Positions 40,663-53,812 of a stretch of DNA of 64,000 nt are shown one piece after another. Location of the stretch: contig NC_042999.1 in assembly GCF_006345805.1 (NCBI RefSeq), positions 91,202,001 through 91,266,000 on the forward strand, in the 5' to 3' direction. Made by a program: the position numbers and the translations under genes. Origin of the DNA: Octopus sinensis. Lineage: Eukaryota. Each line of letters begins with the position of its first letter. The first letter of the stretch is position 1. Under the pieces are notes generated by a model. That model searched no databases and was not told the DNA's origin. It saw only the letters and a program-made list of their open reading frames with translations.

Positions 40663-41799
40663 TAATCGGAATATAAGAATAAAAATCGCGCTAATGATCT
40701 TTGGCAAGTAGTCAGCATGCTATAAAAAATGATAGGCAATTAATCGATTAAATTAATGATAATATACAAGTGTATATAATTATATCAAGGGTGATCGGGC
40801 GAAAAAGGCCTTTCTCCAGCATGCTTGAAGTGCCGATACCTTCAAAAACTACCAAAACCTTCAGCTAAAATATACCCGTGACTGAGAGCGGGCTAGTGAG
40901 AGAAAATTGAAAAAACCTCACGTTAACTGAGAATTGGTTCCAATTTCTGGATTAAAGCAAAAAATTGATTTTTCACTTCGTCAACACAATATGTATATAA
41001 AACCCTTAAAGACAGTATGGTGACAGCTGGAATACTGTTCATTATACGACTGACAGAACTACGGTTGAACAACACCGTCCGAAGGTTAACAGAAAAAATT
41101 CACTGCGCTATCACCTTTGACAGCTTGTTTCTCGTGTTTCCTAATGATCACACACACACTTTTAGATTACAGTCTCTCTTTGACGAAAGTTGATGAAATC
41201 AGCATATCCTTCGATCGCACCTAAAACAACAACCTCTAAACATGGTTATCTATTTATGGACTGTACAGATATGTACACAGCACATTCTGTTTTCTTCTGC
41301 CATGAAACACATTTTACATTACTTACTGTGAAGACTGTTTACGCCACCAACACCACCAAAACATATACAGCCTTCTGGAACTTGGTGTCATCCTACTTTT
41401 ATATAGGGTAACAGTGCACAGTAGGCTTTTACGTCTGTCTTGTTTCTCATGCATATTGAAACATATGACACTAGTCTCAGTAGAGAATATTGAGGTTGCT
41501 CTGGTTTGGTCGATATATGGAAGTTTTCAAAACCACCAGATATATTACTTAATTACAAGCTATTTGAATACTGGCAGTAAAATTGGCCTGGAACGGTTGT
41601 TTACTAATTGAAAGATTCATAGAATAATCACTATAGAAATAGAAGTCAACATATGCAGACAAAAAATATAGATATATATAACAGAACAAAATAAATATTG
41701 AAATAAAGAAGAAACGAAACGGCAGATATATCTTGTTGCTCAATATGCTTTCATTAAAGTTCTCTCTTACTAGATAACTCGCACTTACTAACGTGGCTT

Positions 41800-41847
<48 letters not shown>

Positions 41848-41964
41848 GCGTGCGTGTGCGTGTGTGTGTGTATGCATGTATATGTATAAATATACATAAT
41901 TATGTGTACCTGAGTGTAATGTATATGTACATTATTTACATGTAAGAATGTATTTATATATCTA

Positions 41965-41983
41965 CATCTATCTATCTATTCAC

Positions 41984-42017
<34 letters not shown>

Positions 42018-42038
42018 CTATCTATCTATCTATCTATA

Positions 42039-42097
<59 letters not shown>

Positions 42098-42157
42098 TTC
42101 TATCAATCTATCTATCTACTTATCTATCTATCTATCTGTGTGTGTGTGTGTGTGTGT
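41965..42157. repeat. (TATC)n then (TG)n
   Basis: Direct observation. Confidence 0.95.
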
Positions 42158-42884
42158 TCTTAATGGCTTGCGGTTATATTTGTTTAATTTTCTAGCTGAA
42201 TTATTTTCATCATCGATATTCGCTTTATAAGTTATCCTAAAATATTTTTTTTATTTAATATTTTTTTTTTCAAAATTTCGTGCATTATTTTCATGTTTTT
42301 ACATATTTGGAAAATGTAATCGATTAGAGTTCATATCTATTTCTAGAATAATACTGTGGTTGAGGGTCTATATTCAGACATACGTATAAGCATCCAGCAC
42401 CACAATACACATGCTCTCAGACACATGTATGTATTCAAACAAATCATTCACTCAGACAGAGATGCGCATGCACAGAGGCATTTAATACTGCTTGCAATAC
42501 ACAAAACTACCCAAAGAGATAAAGGAGTATGCATGCATGCATATATGTTTATGTATGCAACTCATGCATATATGCATGTATGTATGTATGCCTGCATGGA
42601 TGTATGTATTTGTGTATAAAGGTCGAAGTTTATATATGTGCTTATTTTATAATTTTCTTACTGTAGTAGACACACACAACTACAAACACACACACACGCT
42701 CACACTCACACATATACAGATAAAATAAATCATTTCTGAAGTTGCTTTCGTAAGAAATGAAAATCGGTAATTAGCTTCCCTTCTTGCGTGTTCTACATAC
42801 AAAAGTATGCCTACATATAGGTGTGAGTGCTCATACATACAAACATACATATGTGCATTAGGAAGTATATTTAAAGGTATGCGT

Positions 42885-42961
42885 GGATATATATATATAT
42901 ATATATATATATACGTATATATATGTATATATATGTGTGTTTGCATATGAATTGTGTGTGT

Positions 42962-43038
<77 letters not shown>

Positions 43039-43090
43039 TATATAGGGAGAGATAGATAGATATGCGTATACATACATATACATAAACATA
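42885..43090. repeat. (TA)n-rich microsatellite
   Basis: Direct observation. Confidence 0.9.
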
Positions 43091-43214
43091 CTTGTACATA
43101 AATTATATATTTATATAACATGATAGCTTTCGTAGTACAATTCATATTTTCTATTATTGGTGCATATATAAGTTAAAGGTAAGACCACATATTATACTCA
43201 TATTATTAATGGAC

Positions 43215-43625
43215 GTAAGTTTGGAGCTGACAAAATCGTTAGCAGCCTTATTTCCTGCTCATTGCGTTCGGCGTTCAGATTCCACAGAGGTCGACTTTGC
43301 CTTTCAGGGTAGAATATATTTATACCAGTTCAATACTGGGGTTGATGTAACCGGGTTCTTCCTTCCCTCAAAATTGCTGGCCTTGTGAGAAAATTAGAAA
43401 AATATATTGATTGAATGATATTGAATTTGCAAAATCGTTAGAGCATCGGGCAAAATGCTGTGTAGTATTTGTTCAGGTTCTTCACGTTCGGACGTAAAAT
43501 TTCACCGGGAGAAAATTTGCTTGTCATCCCTTCGATGTCGATAAAATAATGTATCAGTTAGATACTAATTTCTATATGTAATTAACTAACCCACTTACCT
43601 CAAAATTACTGGAGTTTCGCCGAAA
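43215..43625 (+). mobile_element. Two adjacent degenerate SINE family A copies
   Basis: GAGGTCGACTTTGCCTTTCA and CTGGGGTTGATGTAA in the first; CATCCCTTCGATGTCGATAAAATAA in the second. Confidence 0.65.
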
Positions 43626-43849
43626 TTAGAAAATATTATTATTATTTCTTACCTAATACTTCTGAAATATAGATGCACTTAATTCTATTTGACTAATGAA
43701 ATAATCAAGACATAATAATAGACCCTATATTTAGGCAATATTCAAACATGCATTCATTAAACTCTCTATGCCTGCTTGTATACAATTACTCTCAGTCTGG
43801 AAGAACACCTAGAATATAACTGTAATGCACAAGTCTATGAAATGGCTCA

Positions 43850-45170
43850 ATTTAAGTAGGTGAGATCTTCAACAAAACTAAAAGTATCCCTCACAACCTG
43901 CATTGTACAAGTGAAAATTTGTATATTACAATGAGATGCACCAAGTGCACTATATGGGAAAAAAAGTTGACAGAAATATTCAAAGATAAAAACAGCCAAA
44001 ACTTTGAAAGGATAAACTAGTAACAATAAAACACGAATTTAAAACACTGAATGAAAAAATTCCTTATTGGAAGAAAAACAGTATTTCTATAACAAGACAT
44101 CCCTTTTCGAGATCTTAATTTTTTCTGGTCTTCGATGGTTATATATTATCAAGAAAGAATACTAAACGAACATCGACAAAAGCATTTACAAAGACCATCC
44201 AAGCTGCGGAAAGAATGCTTAATGATAAAGCACAAGGAAGAGACCTAGTAACTAGATACTAGATCACAAGTATGTTGAAGTTCTAAAGAAATCTCTCTAT
44301 ATATAAACGGCAGTTTGTCTGTGCGTGTTTCTGTGTGTCTGTTTGCTTGTACCCTCACCCTGACCACGGCTTTCAACCGATTCTGATGAAACTTGACACA
44401 CACATAGCCCAATGTCATAATTCAAAACTAACGCAGCCAAAATTTTGAAAAGTTCCCCCAGTTCTGAAAAAAATCGATAAATTCGACATGGGGTCGAGAA
44501 TCAGAAACACGAACCACAAACTGTCTAGGGGACGCAACTCCATCCTTTTTTAACTCTCAAAAAAAATTTACCATATTTTTTTCCATTTTTTGGCTATAAC
44601 TCTCAAAATGCTTTATAGTTATTTCCCTTACAAACCTGAGCAACGCCGGGCGATACTGCTAGTCATTAATAAAATTATGTAAAAGAACCACGCAAAACTA
44701 GATTGCTATGCAAACTCGCTTGCCATAGCGCAAACTATTAGCAGAAAGCTACTGGCCCATCCCTTGCCTAGACATTATGTATAAACTTTGCACAAGTTGT
44801 ATCAACCAACTTTTTTGGCTCCAAACTTATTAAGATGCAGGAAATAACAAAGTGAGAGTGGGGAAAGGTGCCGAACAACTTTTGATAAATATATTTGTGC
44901 TGTCTGCACAAATTTGTGAGATATGGCTTCATTAAAGACAAACATTCGATTCTGTTTTCCATGCAAGGTTGCTTCAGACACTACACTTGGTAAAAGTATC
45001 TGTTGTCTTACATTTGATTAACTACTCTCACACTTGTAACGAAAAATAGAAAGACGTATCTAATGTTATAAATAATTTAACGAGAATATTCCGAGGAGAC
45101 GATCTGTCTATGCTTCTGTTTACTTTGGCATTACATCTACTATCATTTCTTTAATGCAAACCCAGTGGCA
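43850..45170 (+). pseudogene. Degenerate R4-clade RT fragment interrupted by a Helitron-type element
   Basis: YWPIPCLDIMYKLCTSCINQL (cf. YRPITCL...YK), RIFRGDDLSMLLFTLALHLLS (cf. GIFQGDSLSPLLF); 5' boundary uncertain. Confidence 0.6.
44291..44663 (+). mobile_element. Non-autonomous Helitron/Helentron-type element (HINE-like)
   Basis: 5' ATCTCTCTATATATAA, GTCT run, 3' hairpin CCTGAGCAACGCCGGG then CTAG(T). Confidence 0.8.
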
Positions 45171-45277
45171 GAGTAAAGCTAGGTGTCATGCCAAATTATA
45201 TTTTTGCTTCTGTTTTTCTTTATATTGGAACTAGCTATTAGATTATCACTTTTAATATATCTAACTATTTAAAGACA

Positions 45278-45460
45278 GCGCCGGGCAAAATGTGTTGCAG
45301 CATTTCTTCTGGCACTGAGTTCAAATTTCGCCGGAGTCGACTTTGTCTTTCATCCTTTCGGATTCGAAAAATAAGTACCAAATTAGTACCGGGGGGATGG
45401 TTGAAGTAATTACCTTATCGCCTTACCCCGAAATTACTGGCCTTGTGTCAAAATCTGAAA
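45278..45460 (+). mobile_element. SINE family A, degenerate
   Basis: GAGTTCAAATTTCGCCGGAGTCGACTTTGTCTTTCATCCTTTCGG. Confidence 0.8.
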
Positions 45461-45719
45461 CTGATATACCTATTTCACTAAAACTGCTACGTTTTGGCGC
45501 GCCATAATATTACTAAGAGGTGTCATTGTAATATTTAAGATCAACCTTATGAATGGTTTCTTTCAAACAAAGGATGGAGATACATGACATATTCTTCAAG
45601 TGAATTTCTAATTTCTTTTCTTTTCCTTTTTTTTTTTTTTTTGATAGTTAGAAAATTTATCAAGTATTCGTTGGGTTTCATAATCGTGAAAGCCGGGCGT
45701 TCCTAGGGCTGCAAGTAAT

Positions 45720-46520
45720 ATCAAAATAGGAAACTGAAATTGGAATTTTTAATTTAAATATTTTGACAAAGGTATGGAAATCATTTCGAAAACTTAAGCT
45801 CTTTATGGTTAACAATTCCTAAAGACCATTCACCATCACCTCTGTAAGGAACTTTTGAAATATTTAAGAACTAAGTATAAAACCGGCTTAAGATAGCTAA
45901 CCTTACAAAATTAGTAATTTCTGATGAATTTCTCACTACTAGACTAACGTCAAATCTAGAAATTGAACTTTAGCAGGGAGTTAATTTCTACTGCTTCATT
46001 TCTTTTCCAGCTCTTCCACTGATTCTATTAAAACGAATATATCGTCCGCGTATATCTAGTTTATAACATATGTTAATGACTTCTGCCCTGGAACGTTGCC
46101 AGTCCAGGAGAAGACCCATGACTTCTCCATCCGATATGTATATAACTTGCGTTGTGGGCTGTGAAAAGGTAATTTTACTATACTGGACACAAATAATTTG
46201 TTCAATATATTTGCCGGTTTTATAGGTGGTTTCATTATTAGATATTTCTATTCATTATTTAATATTGTAATTATTTCTCTACCAATGGAACATTAATAAG
46301 CAGGTTTTCCTCTCTTTGCCGAAGGTGAAGATAATGCTTGCAACGTTATTTCTTTTTTCAAGAAATCTTGGGGAATCTTCAGATGACTGTATACTATTAT
46401 CTTGCCCTGCATGTTGGTAACGTTATCTAATTGTTTAGGTAACTTGCGTGACTGTGAACGAATATGAACAACCATGGCTCGGAGGAAGTTGTTTTGTTTA
46501 TCTATTTTCATTGTTCTATA
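45720..46520 (-). pseudogene. Penelope-like RT remnant
   Basis: Minus strand YISDGEVMGLLL (cf. Y.Q.DG.AMGSPL), YADDIFVL, QFLDL. Confidence 0.65.
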
Positions 46521-46949
46521 GATACTTGTTGCGTTAATTCTGCTTCAGTACAGATCTTATATGCTAATCGGCATAACTATACACTTAGATTATTACATAG
46601 ACGGTTCTTTATATCTCAATCAATACAAAATATAGTAACATGTCCTATATGCACTAAATACGTTGACCTTGTCTACTATACAGGAGCAACAACTCATGCT
46701 AATATCACTTTACCCATAAAAGTACAGTTGTTTCCATATATATATATATATATATATACATATACAAAACTATAGACGTCACTAAAGTGACTAAGAGTAC
46801 TAGTTACCACCAGCTTTGCTAGAAAAAAGAGTTAAAACAACTTTTCTTTGTAGCAACGGTGGTGCTAACTTGTACCATTAGTCACTTTATTGACGTCTAA
46901 AGTTCTGCCTTTCCGTTGTTAATTGCGAATAAGTCACTTTTATTATTTC

Positions 46950-47065
46950 ATATATATGTTTGCGTGTGTTTGCATATATTAACGCATGTACACTCATACA
47001 TGCATATTTATATGTATGTGTATATATATATACATATACACGTATATATATATATACATATATAC

Positions 47066-47109
<44 letters not shown>

Positions 47110-47260
47110 GTATATATATATATATATATATATATCACTATGTATATGCATACATAAGTGTATACATGTATATGTGTGTGTGTGTATAAAAAGTAAAAAG
47201 TAAAAGTGTCAAAAAGAAAAGTACGGTTAGACATGTGTGTGTGTGTGTGTGTGTGTATCA
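46950..47260. repeat. TA/TG microsatellite cluster
   Basis: Direct observation. Confidence 0.9.
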
Positions 47261-47463
47261 ACAAACAATGCCACATACGCAGATACACACATATACACAC
47301 TCACATGCACATACATACACGTATGAATATAGTAGATATACACACACTGACTCCTGAAGCACTAGGTGAAATGATTTCCTGCATATGTGAATTTAATAAA
47401 CGGGAGGAACAAATCTCAACTATGCCACTTAATGAAAATATAAAATATTTATCACAGGATGCC

Positions 47464-47508
47464 ACGGGACATCTAGATGTTTCGTTGACTACTCACCTGG
47501 TCAGGCGT
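47464..47508 (-). ncRNA. Degenerate compact HHR-like motif
   Basis: Minus strand ACGC-CTGACCA-GGTGA-GTAG-TCAAC-GAAAC-ATCTAGAT-GTC-CCGT; G8 is C, one mismatch each in stems I and II. Confidence 0.4.
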
Positions 47509-47869
47509 TGTTGGACTAATGCCATTTACATGTTTGGCCCTATGATATATATATAGAAATTGCTAATATTACGACTGATTGATGCATAAATCGCAAACGA
47601 ACTGAAAAAAGAAGAGTACATGAAATTAAATCAATGATAAATAATAAATGTCTACGGAAGTAATAGAAGTATTTCATTTCATATAATATATATAAATATG
47701 ATGATTAGGCTCTTTGAATACACGAGAAGAGACGCATACGAATTTAGACAGTATAATTCTAGTTCATTACAGCAAATCAATGAAATACTATGTGAAAGAC
47801 CATTTGGTTTATGTTGATGTTAAAACGTAGCTTACAATTTACATTACATACACAAATTACAGAACATTG

Positions 47870-47881
47870 TATGTATGTATG

Positions 47882-47915
<34 letters not shown>

Positions 47916-47956
47916 TGTATGTATGTATGTATGTATGTATGTATGTATGTATGTAT
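47870..47956. repeat. (TATG)n microsatellite
   Basis: Direct observation. Confidence 0.95.
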
Positions 47957-48084
47957 GCGCGTCCTAGTGTGTATGTCATTATTTAGTTATATTTTAATAT
48001 TTCTTGCCAATAGAGAAAGAGCCGCTTTCTAACCTAGATCCAAGGTTCCTTCATTGGAATTTCAACATCAACAACAGGGTATTT

Positions 48085-50162
48085 TTGTGTGTATGCATGT
48101 AAATATCTTTATGTGCAGAATTGTATGTTTTGTATTATGTATGTATTTTCAAGCATATAGTTGCGTAACTAGACATGCTCATATATATTTAAATGATAAA
48201 CTTCTGAAAGTTTTATAGAGTTTTATATTTCCAGTGATAGATTGGATCTGTAGTCTTCGAATTAGTTTTCTACTTTCTGGTTTTGAGATGCCTAATTTCT
48301 CAAGATTGTTATTTAGGCAGGTTGTTACATGTCCAAGGGTCCCAATAATTACAGGTATAAACCCGAGCTTGTAATCTGGATAGAGTAAATGCAGATTTCT
48401 CAATAGCTCAACGTAGGTATTCTCATTTTCACTGATCTTCAGCTTTATGTTAACATCCGCTGGGCAGCTAATTCCCACAACTGTACACACATTCTCTTCT
48501 CTATTCTAAATCATTATATCAAGTCTGTTGTGCTTTTTTTATCGAGGTTTTCACTGGGCCATTCTATCAGTACTCCTTTTTATTATGAGTGGCTATAGCT
48601 TCTACTATACTGTGGGTTCTCATTTCTTTGTCCTCGGAGTTATCCTTCTGACGGATTTCATTATATAGTGTCCTAGCTACAACATCATATCTCACCGATA
48701 GATAATACCGTGATGACATTTTCAGACAACTACTTATGATGTGGATGATATCTTCGGTGTTAACTTCACAAAGTCTGCATCGTTCGTCACATTTTACTGC
48801 TTTTCCTGCATCTCTGTCCCTTTTGTGCATGAAGCATTTGGTTGATATTTCCTGATCCTGGATTGCAAACGCGTACTCTTCGAATTGGGAGGTAGTAATC
48901 CGGTTATTGGTCCATAATAGAGTGCTTTGATTATGAATGTTACTATCATCTCGGAGCTTTCTAATAACATATTCATGCATGGTCTTCTGCTCATATATGC
49001 TCATCCTTTCATCTGATGATATGTTGCGGTAGAATTGTGCGACTTCTTTGAGCATGTATTTAATGTTATCAGACAAGGAATGCTGCTCAAGGAGCTGCCT
49101 TAGCCTCATGTGTGTAAACCTGGTCAAGGGATACACTTCGACACTTGGTGGTTAACCGATGTTGCCGAAGGGATATAATATGACAGGCATTTTGGATGGA
49201 TGTTAAGGCATTTTTGACCAATGTTAAGCCTCTGCCACCTTATTTTCGTTTTAGGTACAGGCGGTCTACGTCACTGGAAATTATGTGTGCTTGTTAGTTT
49301 TTTTTCGGGTTTTCGCATCAATGGCTCAGATCCTAAGCAGCCCAAATACTGGTATGAGTACTGGCACAGCAAACACATTAGTGACCCGTGTTTTGTTACA
49401 GGTGCCATTGTAAGATATGTTTTCATTCACCGCTAGATACATGTAACATTCCTCATAAGCTATAAGGAAAACAGTCAAGCTATTGATGGAGATGTTGCTA
49501 GTCTGTTTTACAGTTATTTCCCTCTTCACAACCACATAACAACATTTATCCTTACCAAGCTCCAATCCTGCATCGTTTGAGTATAGAATTTTGTAGCTAG
49601 GTCAAGGCTCTTTTTCATTTCTGTGCATATTCTTTGCATTAAGTTTCAAGTCATCCACAAAGAAACAGTGTGTAATTTTGGCATTCCTGTTTCCTCGAGA
49701 ATCAATGTGATATCCTTCAGGCTTCCTTAATATGAATGACAAGGGGTTTACAAAAAGTATAAACAACATCACAGAGAGGCTGTCCCATTCGAATGTGCCT
49801 TTGCGATACTGTATTCTATCAGTGATAATTCATTCACACTTTTTATTTAATTTCAAAACGGTGGCCGACGATGAAGTCAGACCAGCTATGGCTTTGACTA
49901 TTCTTACTAGAACTTTAGCAAGTTCAAAGACTTCTAACACCCATGAGTGGGGAACAGTGTCAAAGGCTTTCTTGTAGTCTACCCACGTTGCAACTAGGTT
50001 CTCGTATGCTCTCGCACCTCTGACATTATTGCTTTGTTCATTAGCAGTTGCTCGGCACATCCCCAGACAGACTTCTTCCTAGCTGCTTGTTCTCCTGTGA
50101 TGATGTTATTGGTTTTACAATGATCCTGGAGAAAGAGGTTTAAGCATGCTGTATATATCTTA
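48085..50162 (-). mobile_element. R4-clade RLE LINE, 5'-truncated pseudogene
   Basis: GEQAA..KSVWGCAEQLL, WVDYKKAFDTVPHSW, CRLCEVNTEDIIHIISSC knuckle, GISCPADVNI...FIPVIIGTLG RLE region; frameshifts and deletions. Confidence 0.9.
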
Positions 50163-50400
50163 TACATGTATGTATGTATGCATGTATGTATGTATGTATG
50201 TATGTATGTATGTATGTATGTATGTATGTATGTATGAATGCAAGCATGCATGCATGCATGCATGTATGTATGTATGTATGTATGTATGTATGTATGTATG
50301 TATGTATGTATGTATGTATGTATGTATGTATGCATGTATGTATGTATATATGTATGTATGTATGCATGCATGTATGTATGTATGTAGGTAGGTATGTGTA
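50163..50400. repeat. (TATG)n microsatellite at the LINE 5' junction
   Basis: Direct observation. Confidence 0.95.
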
Positions 50401-50402
50401 TT

Positions 50403-50517
50403 AGAATTTTTTGCGTAATAAGATAAAAAATCAAGGCTGTGTAGATATTAGAGCATATAAATGCTCTAATATCTACACAGCCTTGGGGTTTTTTTATCTT
50501 ATTACGCAAAACATTCT
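50403..50517. repeat. Near-perfect hairpin, about 55-bp arms, 4-nt loop
   Basis: ...CAAGGCTGTGTAGATATTAGAGCAT-ATAA-ATGCTCTAATATCTACACAGCCTTG... Confidence 0.9.
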
Positions 50518-50770
50518 TATATACACACACTGACATAGAACCAATGTTAAACCCCTTATTCGCAAAATTACCGAATCTGGAACTTAACTATAGTCTGTCT
50601 ATAGCATTTATTCAGCTTTACCTGACACATTTTGGTCTCAATGACACCATTATCTCTTATAACCTCAACTTCTCGCTATGTAGGTATGAATGTATTTATG
50701 CATTCATGCAAGTATGTATGTATATATGTATTGCGTGTGTGTGTATATATATAAATATATATATATATAT

Positions 50771-51130
50771 ACTAGCAGAGATACCCGGCGTTGCCCGTGT
50801 TATATACAATTGAAGAATTAGACTTTTCTGTTATATTTTCTCTAATGAAGTGGAATATTTATGTTTCGAATTTCATCAAAATTGCAGATCAGAGTTATTT
50901 CCCTCTTTACACACCCCCAAAAAATTGTAATCGTGCCACATCACATATATCCCGTACTATTGACTTTTATGCGCATATTCCAAAATTCCAGTCTTATTGA
51001 ACCTGTTAAAAAGATTTTGCTCCTGAAAAATGAAGGTCATGGAGCTCTAAAATGTGAGAGTTAAGGCCCCTGTTGGGGGTGGGCATCTTAATGTCAACCA
51101 GAGAAGTTGAATTGTTGAGAATTTTTTTTA
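50771..51130 (-). mobile_element. Helitron-type 3' end fragment
   Basis: Reverse complement CACGGGCAACGCCGGGTATCTCTGCTAGT; distal boundary uncertain. Confidence 0.7.
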
Positions 51131-51763
51131 ACTTGGGTCTTATATCTATTGTTTGAATTTCTTCGAAAAAAGAGAGCAAAGCTACAGGAAACCAAAAGAC
51201 GAATGATCACAATAAGTAGTCAGTTACCCTTCCCTAGTCATTACCACTCCCAATGTAGTATTCCTCACCATCCAGGTGACAGGCACAGCCGTAAGATGCA
51301 TTACGAATCTATAGCAATTGAAAGAACATGACCCAACTGAAATAAACATTAACAACTGTGTAACGTGAGGGCTAAGGAGAAATGAAAGATGGAGTTTGCA
51401 AATGACCACTATACTGATATGTAACTAGACAGGATAAATTTAAAATCTATAAATGTTTTTAAATAACCAGTTACTCATTTGGGAAGGCCTTCAAATCAAT
51501 GTTACCATCTGGGGACTATATGAGACCGAGTGATAATAAAATGACTGAAAGGAGGTCTGCAATGAAATAACTTTACTCAACACTTTGCAACTGAATCGGT
51601 GGAGGCAAAGATGCCTCTCATTTACTTGACAATTTATGCAGCACATTGCAGAAATCACAATGTAAGTGTATGTCAAAGCAAACTGAAATAATGCTCAACT
51701 TTTATGCTCGGGTAACCTTACAGCTCCCAAGAGCAAAACTGTATTCGTTTTTGCTTAGATAAA

Positions 51764-52164
51764 ACTAGCAGTATCGCCCGGCGTTGCTCGGGTTTGTAAG
51801 GGAAATAACTATATAAGCATTTTTAGAGAGTTATAGCCAAAAAATAGGAAAAAAATGCATTAAAAATGGAAAAAGAATTAAGGTAAATTTCTTTTTAAAT
51901 CGTTGACACATCGTAGATATTTTTAGAGAGTTACTTCCCTTACATAATACCAAAAAAAAATGCATTAAAATGGAAAAATATGATGGTAAATTTTTTTAAA
52001 TCGTAGACTCATCGTAGACGCGCGCTAATACCCAGAAGGGCTCGATATGAATCACGACTATAAGATACCCGGTTTTGGTTACACTGCACCGCAAAATGTG
52101 GGAGTCGTTACGAATCTAAATCGTAGGAGACAGACACACAACTTCACTCTTATATATAAAGATA
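51764..52164 (-). mobile_element. HINE-like element with internal about 100-bp tandem duplication
   Basis: 3' about 110 bp shared with 44555-44663; duplicated block at 51820-51918 and 51920-52019. Confidence 0.8.
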
Positions 52165-52809
52165 TAAGTCACGTAGTTATATACACATACTTTGTTATAT
52201 ACACATTCTTAAAAGAAAATGTTATTTTGAATACAACATTTATAAAGAATAAAATATTTTTTGGTTTTTCTTAACCCTTTCGTTACTATATTTCTGACCA
52301 AATTACACCCCTTATGTGTTTCAATTAATTTCTAACGTAATCATAAATTTAGTCTGGTTTCATTAAACAACTATAACTTTTTTATTTATCAATATATTAA
52401 TCTGATTTTTGGAAGATAATTTAATGAAATATTCTCAACCAATTCTACACTACAATTTTTGTCACAAAGTGACTCTAATTGCAGGTAGATACAGGTAAAT
52501 TCAACAATATATAAAATTATTAAAATTTTGTTCAAACATTGCTATAGAAAATGGGTTATTAGCTAATATTCAATTGGGTATACAACAAAATTTTACGATA
52601 GAACTTGTTATTCTGGGTAACTTTCTGATACCCATAATAATATTTATGGCAAAATAGGCCTTAATTTAATTTAAGGTTGTGGGAAATAACAAACTATCCT
52701 TTCTTTCGCTTTGTTTACGTTTAGCGTAATGATTTCAAATAGGCTCATTCGAAAAAGTAAAAAGAAATAGTTTAAGGCTTTATACTCTTCTGGGAAAGTC
52801 TGTGGCTTG

Positions 52810-53233
52810 GTGCAGTTTCTTCAGAGAAATCACCGAAAGAAACAGTTTTTAAATTTTCACTCTATTCAGGTACCAATTCATTTTCTTAATCGCTGTCGGA
52901 TTCACCGTTTTCACTTTAATAGCTGCAAACTTGCAAAGACAAAGGAGGAGAAGGGTGATAGCGTCAGTGAAACAGTCGCTCCCTTTGTGTGTGTGTGCGT
53001 TTGCGTGTGGTGTATCCCACATTAAGAAAAACATTTGACATATGCACCAGAATGTGAGTTTTCTCTAAATTTTGCTTAATTGGGGTTGAAATTTTAAAAA
53101 CCGGACCTGGCATGACCCGTTGCATTCTACTCTTTAAAATGCTAGGTAAATTGTAATTGAAGAAATCCTATATTGTAGATTTCTATAACTTACAAAGGGA
53201 GGCAGATAAAATCTGCCTTTTATAATAAGAGAT
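52810..53233 (-). mobile_element. HINE-like 5' portion
   Basis: Minus strand starts ATCTCTTATTATAAAAGGCAGATTTTATCTGCC, similar to the 44291 5' end. Confidence 0.55.
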
Positions 53234-53464
53234 GACAAAATTGTGGGTGTTAAGTCCCCATAGAGGGGTCTTTATAACTTGTAAGAAGATGACTGTGGGC
53301 CAGTAGCTGTGTACAGTCGCCCCAGTGGCGCCCAGAGCGAGCTCTGCTATCGGTGGGAAGTCATACTGTGCATATTACATGTATATCTATATATACATGT
53401 ATACATATATGGCTATACATACAATAGAAAGATGTTTTTATTTTACCTTTAACACGTAATACTG

Positions 53465-53652
53465 AAATTGTGGAGAAGACATGATATTGCTGTGTGCCCG
53501 CCCTAGGCAAGATGTTAAAACTTTTTTTGACCATGACACTACATGGACCCTAAGTAAGACATGTGTAAAAGTTGAAATTGGTTGTGTAGTTCTCAAGTTT
53601 CAGGGATTCACACAGACAGACAGACACACATTCTCAGTTTTATGTATATAAA
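53465..53652 (-). mobile_element. Another HINE-like 5' fragment
   Basis: Ends CAGACAGACAGACACACATTCTCAGTTTTATGTATATA, the same architecture as 52130-52164. Confidence 0.55.
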
Positions 53653-53667
53653 TGCGTGTGTGTGTCC

Positions 53668-53716
53668 ATATATATATATTATATATATATATATATATAT
53701 ATGAATGGATAGATAA

Positions 53717-53798
<82 letters not shown>

Positions 53799-53812
53799 TG
53801 ATAGATAGGTAG
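53668..53812. repeat. (TA)n and (GATA)n
   Basis: Direct observation. Confidence 0.95.

Noticed and set aside
46011-46168. Plus-strand exon candidate (strong TTTTCCAG acceptor, AAG|GTAATT donor, short ORF MTSALERCQ...)
   Set aside because: The minus strand encodes PLE RT motifs (DG..MG, YADDIF), which explains the sequence; antisense exonisation cannot be shown without RNA data
49994-50536. 180-aa minus ORF as an RT with an inserted repeat domain
   Set aside because: The LINE is truncated at about 50162; upstream sequence is (CATA)n and an unrelated hairpin
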